NCBI GenBank assembly: GCA_965602015.1
Contig: OZ271918.1
Location: 3,040,001-3,104,000, forward strand
From: Salinispira sp.
GTDB lineage: Bacteria; Spirochaetota; Spirochaetia; DSM-27196; Salinispiraceae
Direction of reading: 5' to 3'
DNA length: 64,000 nucleotides
Shown in pieces: positions 39,488 through 49,391 of this stretch. Each line of letters begins with the position of its first letter. The first letter of the stretch is position 1. Both the position numbers and the translations under genes were made by a program. The notes under the pieces are model-generated. The model was not told the origin of the DNA. It worked only from the letters and a program-made list of their open reading frames with translations, and searched no databases.

Positions 39488-40471
39488 ATGAAAGTATTGG
39501 TAATCGGCGGAGCAGGCTATATTGGTAGTCACGTATGTCTCGAACTTTTGAGCGGCGGTCATGAGGTGGAAATCTTCGACAATCTCTCCAGCGGCGTGAG
39601 GACCAACCTGCTTCCGGGATTCGGCTTTACCCACGGCGACATTTTACAGAAAGAACAGCTCTTGCACTGTATTGCCAGCAAGGGCCCCTTCGACGGGGTG
39701 ATTCACCTGGCGGCATTTAAGGCTGCCGGCGAATCAATGATTAAGCCGGAAAAGTACTCGGTGAACAATATTACGGGCACCATCAACATCCTCAACGCCA
39801 TGTCTGAAACCGGGATTCCGAATCTGGTCTTTTCATCTTCGGCGGCGGTCTATGGCGAACCCCAATACCTTCCCATCGACGAAAATCACCCCTGCGATCC
39901 GGAGAACTACTACGGTTTTACCAAACTTGAAATCGAGCGCTTCCTTCAATGGTACTCGAAGTTGAGGGGTATCCGCTTCGCAGCCCTGCGCTATTTCAAT
40001 GCCGCGGGTTACGATTCCCAGGGCAGGATCTACGGGCTGGAGCAGAATCCCGCCAACCTGCTGCCGGTAATCATGGAGGTCGCGGTAAACACGCGTCCTC
40101 AGCTGAAGATTTTTGGCAACGATTTCGCCACCGATGACGGATACGGTGTTAGGGATTACGTCCACGTCAGCGATCTCGCCGACGCCCATTTAAAGGCTAT
40201 GGATTTCATTCAGAAAAACGGCAGCGACTTAATTGTCAACCTGGGGTCTGAATCGGGAATTTCCGTTAAAGAAATGCTGGAAACCGCCCGGGAAATTACC
40301 GGTCAGGCGATTCCATCCAGTGTTACCGACCGGCGGCCCGGAGACCCGGCAAAACTAGTGGCATCATCAGAATTGGCGAGAAAAACCCTCGGCTGGACGG
40401 CTTCGCGGAGTGATGTGGGAAGCCTGGTCGAGACTACCTGGAAGGCATACACCAAGAACTTTTCCATGTAA
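39488..40471 (+). CDS. galE: UDP-glucose 4-epimerase
   Basis: GGAGYIGSH, SSSAAVYG, YGFTK, LRYFN and RDYVHV. Confidence 0.96.
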   Translation: MKVLVIGGAGYIGSHVCLELLSGGHEVEIFDNLSSGVRTNLLPGFGFTHGDILQKEQLLHCIASKGPFDGVIHLAAFKAAGESMIKPEKYSVNNITGTINILNAMSETGIPNLVFSSSAAVYGEPQYLPIDENHPCDPENYYGFTKLEIERFLQWYSKLRGIRFAALRYFNAAGYDSQGRIYGLEQNPANLLPVIMEVAVNTRPQLKIFGNDFATDDGYGVRDYVHVSDLADAHLKAMDFIQKNGSDLIVNLGSESGISVKEMLETAREITGQAIPSSVTDRRPGDPAKLVASSELARKTLGWTASRSDVGSLVETTWKAYTKNFSM

Positions 40472-40486
40472 GCAAATATCCGGGCG

Positions 40487-40678
40487 CTAAGCCCTGATCC
40501 TGGGGTTACGGGTAAAACTGGGGCAATTACGGCCGGTATTGCGCAAAACCTGGGTGCTGGGCAGCTCCCTGCTCTTTATTCCGAATTGCCGGCATCCCTT
40601 TGGGTAATTCTGATCCCAGGTCACAAAAAAATGTGCGCAGTTGTGACAGTTGGGAGGGGGGGCCGGACTCTGATCCAT
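40487..40678 (-). CDS. Small Cys-rich protein (CxxC...C...C)
   Basis: CHNCAHFFVTWDQNYPKGCRQFGIKS...CPSF; upstream TTCAAA-17-TAGAAT-5-ATG. Confidence 0.75.
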   Translation of the reverse strand: MDQSPAPPPNCHNCAHFFVTWDQNYPKGCRQFGIKSRELPSTQVLRNTGRNCPSFTRNPRIRA

Positions 40679-40783
40679 GCGCTATTCTACTTTTTTTTAT
40701 GTACTTTTTGAACGGTTGGCCCTAAGATTTTTATAGGGTTCGCGGGTTCGCGGATCTGCCAGAAGCATACTCGGAGGTACCCC

Positions 40784-41551
40784 ATGCAGACCTACTTTTA
40801 TCTGTCAATCTTTCCTACTCAGGCGTTGATCGCGAGCCAACTCGAGCCACGGCATTTCGGCAGCTATATGGCCACCGGAAAAAAGAACGGATCGTTTGAG
40901 CGCATTATTTTTATTGAGGTAGAGGGGGGCTTCGGGGAATACTTCGACTGGGAATATGCCCGGAAGCGCTGCGTCCTCCATGAGGACGGTCGCCCGAAAA
41001 ACTCCGTATGGCTCAGCGTATACCGGGCACTGGAGCACACGCCGCTCACAGCCCTGAAATCCCTCTATCTCGTCACCAAGGATGGCCGGTCGCTCGAAAT
41101 TCCGTCAAAGTCATACTCGGCACCGAAGAACACCCAGTATTACGTCTACAACGAGCTGTGCCCCATTAACCCTTTGGTGGTCAGCCGACTGGACCCCCAT
41201 GATTTCGGCGCGTATATGACGAATCCTAAGGTAAAAGTATCGGTTCCGAAGGTGGTCTTTGCGGACTTAAAAACCATCGATCTGGATAATCCCGAGCAAA
41301 CGGGAAACATCGGCCCGACCTATGACCGGAACCTGGAGCACTTCAAGGACTGCGTTCAGGCGGTTTCAGATGATCCTGAAAAAATGAATAAAAATGTCGA
41401 ACGCAGCCATTCGGAGAGCTTCTCGTACAATATCATCAACCGGGGAATTTATGTGTGCCAGGGAGAGGACACGGTGTTCTTCCCGATGCCCGACGTGGGC
41501 GTCCTTCGTCAGAAGCACTACGACTGGGCACGCTCTGCGATGATTCTCTGA
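40784..41551 (+). CDS. Hypothetical protein
   Basis: 255-aa ORF with SD GGAGG and globular composition. Confidence 0.8.
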   Translation: MQTYFYLSIFPTQALIASQLEPRHFGSYMATGKKNGSFERIIFIEVEGGFGEYFDWEYARKRCVLHEDGRPKNSVWLSVYRALEHTPLTALKSLYLVTKDGRSLEIPSKSYSAPKNTQYYVYNELCPINPLVVSRLDPHDFGAYMTNPKVKVSVPKVVFADLKTIDLDNPEQTGNIGPTYDRNLEHFKDCVQAVSDDPEKMNKNVERSHSESFSYNIINRGIYVCQGEDTVFFPMPDVGVLRQKHYDWARSAMIL

Positions 41552-41602
41552 CACCCGGCCGGCTCTACCCAGAAGCCGTCGGGCTCATTATACTTTGCGC
41601 CA

Positions 41603-42901
41603 ATGATTGAATACGAACAACTCGACATAGAACGGGCGGTCCTGGTAACCATCAGACCCCGGGAACTCAGCGAGCGCGAAGCCCGCAATCACCTCGAAGA
41701 ACTAGAGGGCCTGTGCAGAACGCTGGGCTTTGAGAGCGCCGGTGAGTTTATCATCCCGATTAAAGAGCCTCAGCCGAAATATCTCGTTGGCAGCGGTTGG
41801 GCCGAGGAAATATCTGTACAGGCGGAAGCCCTGGAGGCCGACTATATCGTGTTCGACGACGACCTCAGTCCTAGTCAGCAGCGAAACCTCGAAAAGCTCT
41901 GCAAAAAACCGGTTATCGACCGGCACCAGGTTATCATCGATATTTTCGCCGACCGCGCGCAAACGAGGGAGGCCAGCCTGCAGGTCGAACTGGCACGACT
42001 GGTGTACAGCCTTCCACGGCTGCGCCGGATGTGGACCCACCTTTCCCGTCAGCGGGGAGGCGCTAAGGGAACCCGGGGAGAGGGAGAAACCCAGCTGGAG
42101 GTCGACCGCCGGCTCGTGGAAGCCCGTATAGGCAAACTGAAGGCGGAACTTAAGCAGGTGCGCAGTCAGCGGGGCACCCTGAGAAAACACCGTGAATCCG
42201 TTCCGGTTCCCACCGCCGCCATTGTCGGCTACACCAACGCGGGGAAGTCCAGCCTGCACCACGCCCTGACGGCCTCTGAGATTCTCGTCGAAGACAAGCT
42301 CTTCGCCACCCTGGATCCGACCACTCGGCGCTATCGACTGCCGAGCGGCATGGAGCTTCTGGTCACCGATACCGTAGGCTTCATCAGAAAGCTGCCCCAT
42401 GACCTGGTAGATGCCTTCAAGTCCACCCTGGAAGAAACCGTCCTTGCCCACTTCCTCCTTCATTTGGTGGACATAACCAATCAGGATTTCCGCCAGCACA
42501 TCGAAACGACCCGGGAAGTGCTGGAAGAAATCGGAGCGGAAGACAAGCCGGAGATTCTCGTTTTTAATAAATGCGATCTGGCCAGTCCGGAGCATCGGAT
42601 GTACGTAATGCAGGAGTATCCCGACGCCTTGTATATCTCCGCAAAAACCGGCGACGGTTTCACTGAACTCTCCGAGGCAGTCGAACGGGAGATGATGAAA
42701 AATCTCTCCTCGGTCACCATTACCCTGCCTCACAGCCGAAGTGATGTGGTTGCCCTGGCTCACCGGGAGGGCACCGTGCTGGACACCGAGTATCTGGACG
42801 ACCACATCATTCTCAAAGCCCTGCTTCCCGGACGGGTAATTAATCGTCTCGCCGAATTCCCTGTTGAGTTCACCGCCGCCGTTCCCGCGGAGCCGGAGTG
42901 A
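41603..42901 (+). CDS. hflX: Ribosome-splitting GTPase HflX
   Basis: LSPSQQRNLE, GETQLEVDRR, GYTNAGKSS, LFATLD, DTVGFI and NKCD. Confidence 0.98.
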   Translation: MIEYEQLDIERAVLVTIRPRELSEREARNHLEELEGLCRTLGFESAGEFIIPIKEPQPKYLVGSGWAEEISVQAEALEADYIVFDDDLSPSQQRNLEKLCKKPVIDRHQVIIDIFADRAQTREASLQVELARLVYSLPRLRRMWTHLSRQRGGAKGTRGEGETQLEVDRRLVEARIGKLKAELKQVRSQRGTLRKHRESVPVPTAAIVGYTNAGKSSLHHALTASEILVEDKLFATLDPTTRRYRLPSGMELLVTDTVGFIRKLPHDLVDAFKSTLEETVLAHFLLHLVDITNQDFRQHIETTREVLEEIGAEDKPEILVFNKCDLASPEHRMYVMQEYPDALYISAKTGDGFTELSEAVEREMMKNLSSVTITLPHSRSDVVALAHREGTVLDTEYLDDHIILKALLPGRVINRLAEFPVEFTAAVPAEPE

Positions 42902-43869
42902 GGGAGCGGCTGCCCCGGCTGGACACAGCCCCGGAGCTCCGGGCACGGCTGCTGGCCCATTGCCGGCTACAGCCCGGTGAAACCTGGTACGACCCTAGCG
43001 GCCGCCATGCGGTAGCCGTCCTCGATGCCCGGGATGGCGATTCTGCCGATAAGGTTCGCAGAACCGGTGATTTTCCCCCGCCGGTCATGCTTATTGCCGA
43101 TCCCCCGTACAACTTCGCCGTGGGGGGCCGGAAGAGCACCCAGCTTTTCAGCGGGGACAGCGGACATTATATACGCTTCAGCAGGCAGTGGGTAAGCGCC
43201 GCCGTCCAAACACTGGCCGCAGACGCCCATCTATACATTTGGCTCGGCGCCGATCAGAACGACGGGTTCCAGCCTCTTCCGGAATTCATGATTATGATGC
43301 GGGAGTTCACCGGACTCAGGTCCCGAAGCATGATCACCATGAGGAACCAACGGGGATACGGAACCCAAAAAAACTGGATGAGCGTTCGTCAGGAACTGCT
43401 TTATTACCTCAAAGGCAAACCGGAATTCACGGCCCAATACACGGAAATCCCCAGGCTCCTCAGGGGATATTACAAGAACTCACGTTCCAATGACGACCGA
43501 AGTAAAAACAGAAATATAAGACCGGGAAATGTTTGGGTCGATATCCAGCAGGTCTTTTACCGTCTTGAAGAAAACGTACCCGGAAGCTATGCTCAAAAAC
43601 CGATAAAAGCCCTCGAACGGGTTATATTATCCGGTAGCGGGCAGGATGAGGTTATATACGATCCCTTCGCTCATTCGGGAACCACCCTGATCGCCGCCGA
43701 GCGGAGCGGTCGACGATGCATCACCGCAGACATCGATCCGCTGTTTGCGGAAATCAGCATTCGTCGCTTAGAATGGTACAGGAAAACCGGAAAAACCGGC
43801 TGGCAATGGAATAATCCCTTTCCCGAGTCCGATATGCCCCCGGAGGCAGGGAAAATTCAGCCGGAATAA
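42898..43869 (+). CDS. Orphan amino-DNA methyltransferase (N6A/N4C, beta-class motif order)
   Basis: DPPY precedes QKP...DPFAHSGTT; GTGA overlap with the hflX stop. Confidence 0.85.
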   Translation: MRERLPRLDTAPELRARLLAHCRLQPGETWYDPSGRHAVAVLDARDGDSADKVRRTGDFPPPVMLIADPPYNFAVGGRKSTQLFSGDSGHYIRFSRQWVSAAVQTLAADAHLYIWLGADQNDGFQPLPEFMIMMREFTGLRSRSMITMRNQRGYGTQKNWMSVRQELLYYLKGKPEFTAQYTEIPRLLRGYYKNSRSNDDRSKNRNIRPGNVWVDIQQVFYRLEENVPGSYAQKPIKALERVILSGSGQDEVIYDPFAHSGTTLIAAERSGRRCITADIDPLFAEISIRRLEWYRKTGKTGWQWNNPFPESDMPPEAGKIQPE

Positions 43870-43881
43870 GAGGTACGATAC

Positions 43882-44433
43882 ATGCTTCGAAAATTCATTC
43901 TCACAGCGCTAATCTTCGCACTTCTTTTGCCGGCCGGGCTTTTTGCCGAAGGCGGAGCCACGTCCTCCGGACTCAGGCTCGGGCAGCTCCAGAGCGAAGA
44001 AGCCCCTGAGGAAACCGATGAACCGATATACGACGGCGGGCTCAGCGGCATAACTGCAATAAGCGGCCGGGGCAAACTGGTTCTGGGACTGAGTCTCAGC
44101 GCCTTGGGAGCCGGGCTGGTAATTATGGGCGAAATTTACCGTCAGCCCTTCCTTGATGCCAGGGAAGCGTATAAATCAATAGATCCGAACAGTGCATCGG
44201 TTGCCGATATTACCGCAGCCCGGGATGATTTCGAGCAAAAGCGCTTGCTGCACTACATTCCGCTTTTCAGCGGCATTGCCATTAGCGGGGTGGGCCTGTT
44301 TATAACCATCGACGGGGCATTTTCCGTAGACATTTATGAACCGCGGCAATATACGCCGAACCCGGTTATCCCCCAGAGTGGCAGCGGTTTCCTCATTTCT
44401 CCGAATTTCAACGGATTAGTGCTGCGATTTTGA
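43882..44433 (+). CDS. Hypothetical exported/membrane protein
   Basis: SD GAGG, signal peptide, two Gly-rich hydrophobic segments. Confidence 0.7.
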   Translation: MLRKFILTALIFALLLPAGLFAEGGATSSGLRLGQLQSEEAPEETDEPIYDGGLSGITAISGRGKLVLGLSLSALGAGLVIMGEIYRQPFLDAREAYKSIDPNSASVADITAARDDFEQKRLLHYIPLFSGIAISGVGLFITIDGAFSVDIYEPRQYTPNPVIPQSGSGFLISPNFNGLVLRF

Positions 44434-44474
44434 AAGCTTGCGCCCCAGGGAGGGGCATCACTATAATACAAGCA

Positions 44475-45026
44475 ATGAGCCCCGACCTTGTTTCCCCGAC
44501 AATTTTCACCCACAGCATGACCACGCCCGTCGGCCCGCTGCACATCGCAGTTGACAGAAACGGCGCTGTTTTGCGCCTGAGTTTCCTGCCCCTGACGGAG
44601 TTTCCCGAAGGAGCGGAAGTCGAGAGCAACCGCTATGCCTGCGGCGAGGTCGCCTACCAACTGGATCAGTACTTTCGCAGCCGGCTAAAACATTTCGACC
44701 TTGATGTGGTTCTGGAGGGTACGGATTTCCAGCTGGATGTGTGGTCGAGGCTGCAGAAGATTCCCTTTGGCACAACCGTAAGCTATGGAGAGGTGGCCCA
44801 AAAGATCGGCCGGAAATACGCCGCTCAAGCGGTTGGCCGGGCCGTAGGGCAGAATCCCGTGCCGATAATTATTCCCTGCCACCGGGTGGTTCCAAAAAAC
44901 GGAGGCATCGGCGAGTACGTGCTGAATCAGCTTGATCCGGAGAGGGGACGGGAGATTAAGGAATTTTTACTCGAACTCGAAACCAGGCCTACGCAGCATG
45001 ATGAAACTGCAGCGAATTTAACCTGA
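44475..45026 (+). CDS. ogt: Methylated-DNA-protein-cysteine methyltransferase
   Basis: GTDFQ, IPFG..SYGE and NP....PCHRV. ATG 44475 lies 7 nt after TATAAT. Confidence 0.95.
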   Translation: MSPDLVSPTIFTHSMTTPVGPLHIAVDRNGAVLRLSFLPLTEFPEGAEVESNRYACGEVAYQLDQYFRSRLKHFDLDVVLEGTDFQLDVWSRLQKIPFGTTVSYGEVAQKIGRKYAAQAVGRAVGQNPVPIIIPCHRVVPKNGGIGEYVLNQLDPERGREIKEFLLELETRPTQHDETAANLT

Positions 45027-45037
45027 TAAGGCGGAGG

Positions 45038-46606
45038 TCAGACCTCCGGAGCGGTATCGGGGCGGCCGGGTTTTATAAACATCTGCATCAGCTGAATGAA
45101 ATAATAGATTTTTTTGTACGCATCAGCCATGCGAGTTTTTATTGGGATCTCGGACATTGATTCGAGCTCTTTCCAGTTGATAATCAGCTCATGATCCTTC
45201 CGGTCAACATCCTCCAGCAGGCTCTTCAGATTTTTGCCAAAAGAAATCAGGTTTCCCGCAGATTCATTGATGATGGTGATCGCCATCTCGTTAATTTCCT
45301 TAACCATGGTCTGGACATTTCGGGCAGATGCCGGTTCCTTCTCCACCACCCGGGCGAGACTGCGTTTCAGCCGGCCACCCAGCTCCCCTTCCTCATTTAA
45401 GCCGTCATCAAACTGGAGAAGCTGTTCGGACATTTCAAGAACCCGGTAGTAGGCGTCGGACATTTGCTGCGACATGACATTTGTCGACCATTTGCCTCTG
45501 ACCAGCAGCAGATCTTCCAGCTCTCGGATATCCTTTTTGAAGAAATCCAGGAGAAAGGTCTTGAGGTAATTCATCGGGGTCAGGTAGCGATATTCCACAT
45601 TCAGTTTTTTGCTGAACATCATATTGGCTTTCTCGGTGTAGTTTTTCATCCTGGGAGTCGGATTGGCGCCAAAAACCATTACGCAGAGCTGATCGACCTT
45701 GGCATTGCGCTTTTCCAGAAGTATCCGCTGCACCACATTCTCGGTTTTCACCTTGAGGGCGTCCAGATAGCTTTCGACGATGCGCACCCGGGTGAGCTCG
45801 AGCGGAGCCTTCCAATACGGGTCCTGATCGAGATGCTGAACGATCATTGAGAGAATATTCGAACCGACGATATTTTTCAGCGCATTCATCAAGCGGGTCC
45901 ATGCCTGCCGATTGACTACCTCCACTCCCTTGTAGGACGCAAGGATGTCGAACACGGGATTCCAATCGGCCTCCCGATCAAGGGGAAGCAGGACCTCGAG
46001 AAAATCTTTGATATCATCGCTAACATAGTCGCCGTTGATTTGCTCGAGTTTCGGCGCGTTACTGACGTTTCCTTCCTGAAATGAAGCATCGTATTTCTTG
46101 AGCACGAAATAATAATCGAAATTTACGAATTCTATGAACCGCAAAATCATGTTGTAGGCCTCGTCGACCCGATTCACCATTGAACTGTCGAAGCTGCTGA
46201 AAAAACTCACCATATTATCCTTGAGTTGTGTGGCATGCACTTTCGGATCCATGGTTTTGGCGTTTTCCCGGATTTTCGCCTCGTCAAAGCTCTCCGCCAG
46301 GGCTTTTTGCTCTTCAGTCATGTACTGATCAATGCACAGCCCCCGGAGCGCCTGGCTGCTGGAGGCGTTTTGCATGAGCGAACTTGCGCTGGCGGTGATT
46401 TTATAAATTTCAAAGAAGAATTTGCCGAGGCCAGGGAGCGCGACGTTGCCCCGCGGTCGATAGAACTTGTAACGGACCCTCGACAGGTCCTTGCCGATCT
46501 GCTTGAGCAGTTTCTTTTTCTCCCGCTCGGGATCATTGCCCCCGGTAAAGAAATTTAGCAGCCAGGAGATGAAGTTACCGCTATCGTTGGCAGAGTTGTC
46601 TGACAT
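45038..46606 (-). CDS. Conserved spirochaete-type helical protein (DUF5312-like)
   Basis: Long helical ORF with FDYYFVLKKYD; family recalled, not searched. Start ATG 46606. Confidence 0.7.
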   Translation of the reverse strand: MSDNSANDSGNFISWLLNFFTGGNDPEREKKKLLKQIGKDLSRVRYKFYRPRGNVALPGLGKFFFEIYKITASASSLMQNASSSQALRGLCIDQYMTEEQKALAESFDEAKIRENAKTMDPKVHATQLKDNMVSFFSSFDSSMVNRVDEAYNMILRFIEFVNFDYYFVLKKYDASFQEGNVSNAPKLEQINGDYVSDDIKDFLEVLLPLDREADWNPVFDILASYKGVEVVNRQAWTRLMNALKNIVGSNILSMIVQHLDQDPYWKAPLELTRVRIVESYLDALKVKTENVVQRILLEKRNAKVDQLCVMVFGANPTPRMKNYTEKANMMFSKKLNVEYRYLTPMNYLKTFLLDFFKKDIRELEDLLLVRGKWSTNVMSQQMSDAYYRVLEMSEQLLQFDDGLNEEGELGGRLKRSLARVVEKEPASARNVQTMVKEINEMAITIINESAGNLISFGKNLKSLLEDVDRKDHELIINWKELESMSEIPIKTRMADAYKKIYYFIQLMQMFIKPGRPDTAPEV

Positions 46607-46613
46607 GATACTT

Positions 46614-46664
46614 ACACTAAGAGAAATGTCAGCAGTTGTCAATTAAGTGCCAACTTGCTATGCT
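46614..46664. promoter_or_regulatory. Divergent sigma70 promoters sharing the -35 heptamer TTGTCAA (46636-46642)
   Basis: Plus strand TTGTCA-17-TATGCT-6-ATG(46671); minus strand TTGACA-17-TAGTGT-7-ATG(46606). Confidence 0.65.
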
Positions 46665-46670
46665 CTGGCT

Positions 46671-48008
46671 ATGAATGCCATTGCCCAAGAACTCAATAAA
46701 CAATTAACAGACAGCGTGGCGGCCCGCCTCCTATCGGATCTGGGAAAGAAGATGTTTTTCCCCAAGGGAATAGTTGCTCAGAGCGCTGAGGCTACTCAAA
46801 GGGCCGATAAGTTAAACGCGACCATTGGAATGGCATATAAAAACCGGCAGGCCTTCGCCCTTCCCTTGCTGGGTGAAATGCTCCCCGGTTTAAGCAACGC
46901 GGAGGCCGTGGCCTACGCTCCCACCGCCGGAGTTCCGGCCCTCCGTCGGCGCTGGAGAGAGCTGCAGATCGAACGGAACCCGGCTATGGCCGGCATGGCC
47001 TGCAGCCTCCCCGTGGTGGTGGCGGGATTGACCTCGGGAATTTTTCAGATTGCCGAGCTGTTCGCCAACCCTGGGGACCGGGTTCTTATCCCCGATATGT
47101 TCTGGGGAAACTACCGCATGGTTCTCAGTGAGCGCAGAGAAGCGGTCATTGAGAATTTCCGCTTTTTTAATGATAACGGCCGTTTTAACCTCGCAGATTT
47201 CGCACAACGGCTCGGCGAGTGCGCCGAAGCCTCCCGGGGTGCAGACGGCCGAGGCAAATTGATGGTTCTGCTGAACTTTCCGAACAACCCGACGGGATAC
47301 AGTCCCACGGAATCCGAGGCTCATGCCATCGCAAAAATCCTCGGGGAAACCGCCGACAAAGACTGCGACATCCTCACCGTGCACGATGACGCGTATTTCG
47401 GACTCTTCTATGAAGAGGATTTGTACCGGCAAAGCCTATTTACCTTATGCGGTAATCTCCATGAGAATATCCTTGCGGTAAAAATCGACGGCGCAACCAA
47501 AGAAGAGTACGCATGGGGATTCCGGGTCGGTTTTATGAGCTTCGCATCCAAGGGCACCTCCGCCGAGGGGTTCGATCCCCTCATTAAAAAACTCATGGGC
47601 TCCATTCGGGGAACCGTCAGCAATTGTCCGGGAATCAGCCAAAATCTCCTGTTAAAAATCTTTGATCATCCTGGGTACCGCTCGCAAAAACGTGAAGCCG
47701 AGGAGGATCTTACCCGTCGATACCTCAAAGTCAGGGCATTACTGGATGAGGCGTACAAGGGAAGCGAAGGAGAATCCCTCTCGAATATCATAACCCCGCT
47801 GCCCTTCAACTCAGGATATTTCATGGCATTTAGGATAGATACAATCTCCGCAGAAGACCTGAGGCTATCCCTCCTGGACCGGGGTATCGGCAGCATCGCC
47901 ATTGGAGAGAACTATCTGCGCCTGGCCTTTGCCGCAATCGACGAGGACGATTTGGCTGAATTGTACCGTGAAGTTTTTAGTGCGGCCCGGAATCTGGCAG
48001 ACGCCTGA
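46671..48008 (+). CDS. PLP-dependent aminotransferase, class I/II
   Basis: NFPNNPTGY, DDAY and KIDGATKEEYAWGFRVG. Confidence 0.92.
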   Translation: MNAIAQELNKQLTDSVAARLLSDLGKKMFFPKGIVAQSAEATQRADKLNATIGMAYKNRQAFALPLLGEMLPGLSNAEAVAYAPTAGVPALRRRWRELQIERNPAMAGMACSLPVVVAGLTSGIFQIAELFANPGDRVLIPDMFWGNYRMVLSERREAVIENFRFFNDNGRFNLADFAQRLGECAEASRGADGRGKLMVLLNFPNNPTGYSPTESEAHAIAKILGETADKDCDILTVHDDAYFGLFYEEDLYRQSLFTLCGNLHENILAVKIDGATKEEYAWGFRVGFMSFASKGTSAEGFDPLIKKLMGSIRGTVSNCPGISQNLLLKIFDHPGYRSQKREAEEDLTRRYLKVRALLDEAYKGSEGESLSNIITPLPFNSGYFMAFRIDTISAEDLRLSLLDRGIGSIAIGENYLRLAFAAIDEDDLAELYREVFSAARNLADA

Positions 48009-48011
48009 GTC

Positions 48012-49304
48012 GTGTTGAGAGCCCCATCCATCACAGCCCTGCTCCGGTTTCTGGCAAAGACCGTGGTGAGAAATACCGTCTTATTTCTCTCTCTTGCCGT
48101 GCTGACGGCGGCGGCTTTTAGCTCCTGCGATTCCCGGCCTCCCCTCCAAGTAGTCACTGATATTCCCGAAGTAATTGAATACGCCGAGTACCTGCGCAGC
48201 AGCACCGACACCAGCGATTTTTCCCTGCGCTTTATCCGTGAACCTGATCGCGCCATTGCCCTGGGAGAAATTTCTGCCGATGTGATCATTTCTCATAATA
48301 TCGCTCACGAAGGATTCTCGGGCTTTCTGCATCCCATTCCCCTTGTGCAGCTCAGGAGCGCCGCAAAAAGCCTGGACGACGGATTTGCTTTACAGGACAT
48401 GTATCCCGAATCCTATGAACCCTTTGTTGAAGACAACAGCGTACGGGTCATGCCCCTGGCATTCGACATTCCGATTGTATACCTGAGCGATCCGCTGCTG
48501 CGGGCGATCGGCGAGCGGGATTCGATAGACTATCGTTCGCTGCTTACTACAGCCGCTGAATTTAACCGCCGTTCACGAGACAACTATTCCGAAATGGGGT
48601 TCTCAAGTCTTCGAAATATCCGGTTCATCGAACTGTTGCTCAACGACCTGACTGGGATTCGTGGCGGGCTGCCCGACGAGGAAACATTGGGAGCGGCCCT
48701 GGTTGAACTGGTTAATCTCCTCAACGAAAGCGGCCAGGAACCCGATGCCCAATTATATTACAATCAGGTATTCGCCTATGCGCCGGACCACAGTGTGATT
48801 GAGTCGGGCCGGCTTCATGCATCCTTCGGCTCTCTTTCCGGTCGGAGCGCTGCCCACGAGTCGCTCATTGCCCGCCTTCCCTTCGTATGGCTCACCTCGT
48901 CGGACGGCCTTGAGCTCCAATCTCCTGGGATCTATGCCGGCGTTTCGCGGCAGAGTTCTCAACGGATGAGATCAATTCACTTCATCAGGGAACTTCTCAG
49001 CGCTCAGAATCAGGCGGGTTTTATGTCGGAACGTCCCTATGGCGATATCGAAGCCTTCCTCAACCGGCTCAGCACAAACAGGATCATTAATGAGAATGTT
49101 TTTCCCGAACGCAACACCGGCCTGGTGCTGCCCGGAGAAACCGAGCTCATTTTTCCCGGAGTTCCGGTAGAGCTTTGGGACCGGGTGCGGCGGGAGGCTT
49201 TGCATCCCTGGCTTGAAGATTTTCTGGCAGGCGTCTCCCCGGGGCCCGCAGAGCTGAACCGAGCGGTAGAGAACTTCTACCGGCTGAACGGCGGCTACAA
49301 CTAA
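48012..49304 (+). CDS. Lipoprotein, ABC solute-binding-protein-like
   Basis: Lipobox FSSC; VMPLAFDIPIVY resembles sugar SBPs; next to an ABC ATPase. Start may be later. Confidence 0.6.
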   Translation: MLRAPSITALLRFLAKTVVRNTVLFLSLAVLTAAAFSSCDSRPPLQVVTDIPEVIEYAEYLRSSTDTSDFSLRFIREPDRAIALGEISADVIISHNIAHEGFSGFLHPIPLVQLRSAAKSLDDGFALQDMYPESYEPFVEDNSVRVMPLAFDIPIVYLSDPLLRAIGERDSIDYRSLLTTAAEFNRRSRDNYSEMGFSSLRNIRFIELLLNDLTGIRGGLPDEETLGAALVELVNLLNESGQEPDAQLYYNQVFAYAPDHSVIESGRLHASFGSLSGRSAAHESLIARLPFVWLTSSDGLELQSPGIYAGVSRQSSQRMRSIHFIRELLSAQNQAGFMSERPYGDIEAFLNRLSTNRIINENVFPERNTGLVLPGETELIFPGVPVELWDRVRREALHPWLEDFLAGVSPGPAELNRAVENFYRLNGGYN

Positions 49305-49327
49305 ACCATTTCACCAGATGCTTTTAC

Positions 49328-49356
49328 TTGACAGGCTATTACTCTCCCCCTATCAT
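49328..49356 (+). promoter_or_regulatory. Sigma70 promoter of the ABC ATPase
   Basis: TTGACA-17-TATCAT. Confidence 0.75.
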
Positions 49357-49391
49357 TATCGAATAAGATAAAATGATGGAGGTCCCATCTT

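Noticed and set aside
41702..42946. 414-aa minus-strand ORF
   Set aside because: Antisense shadow of hflX.
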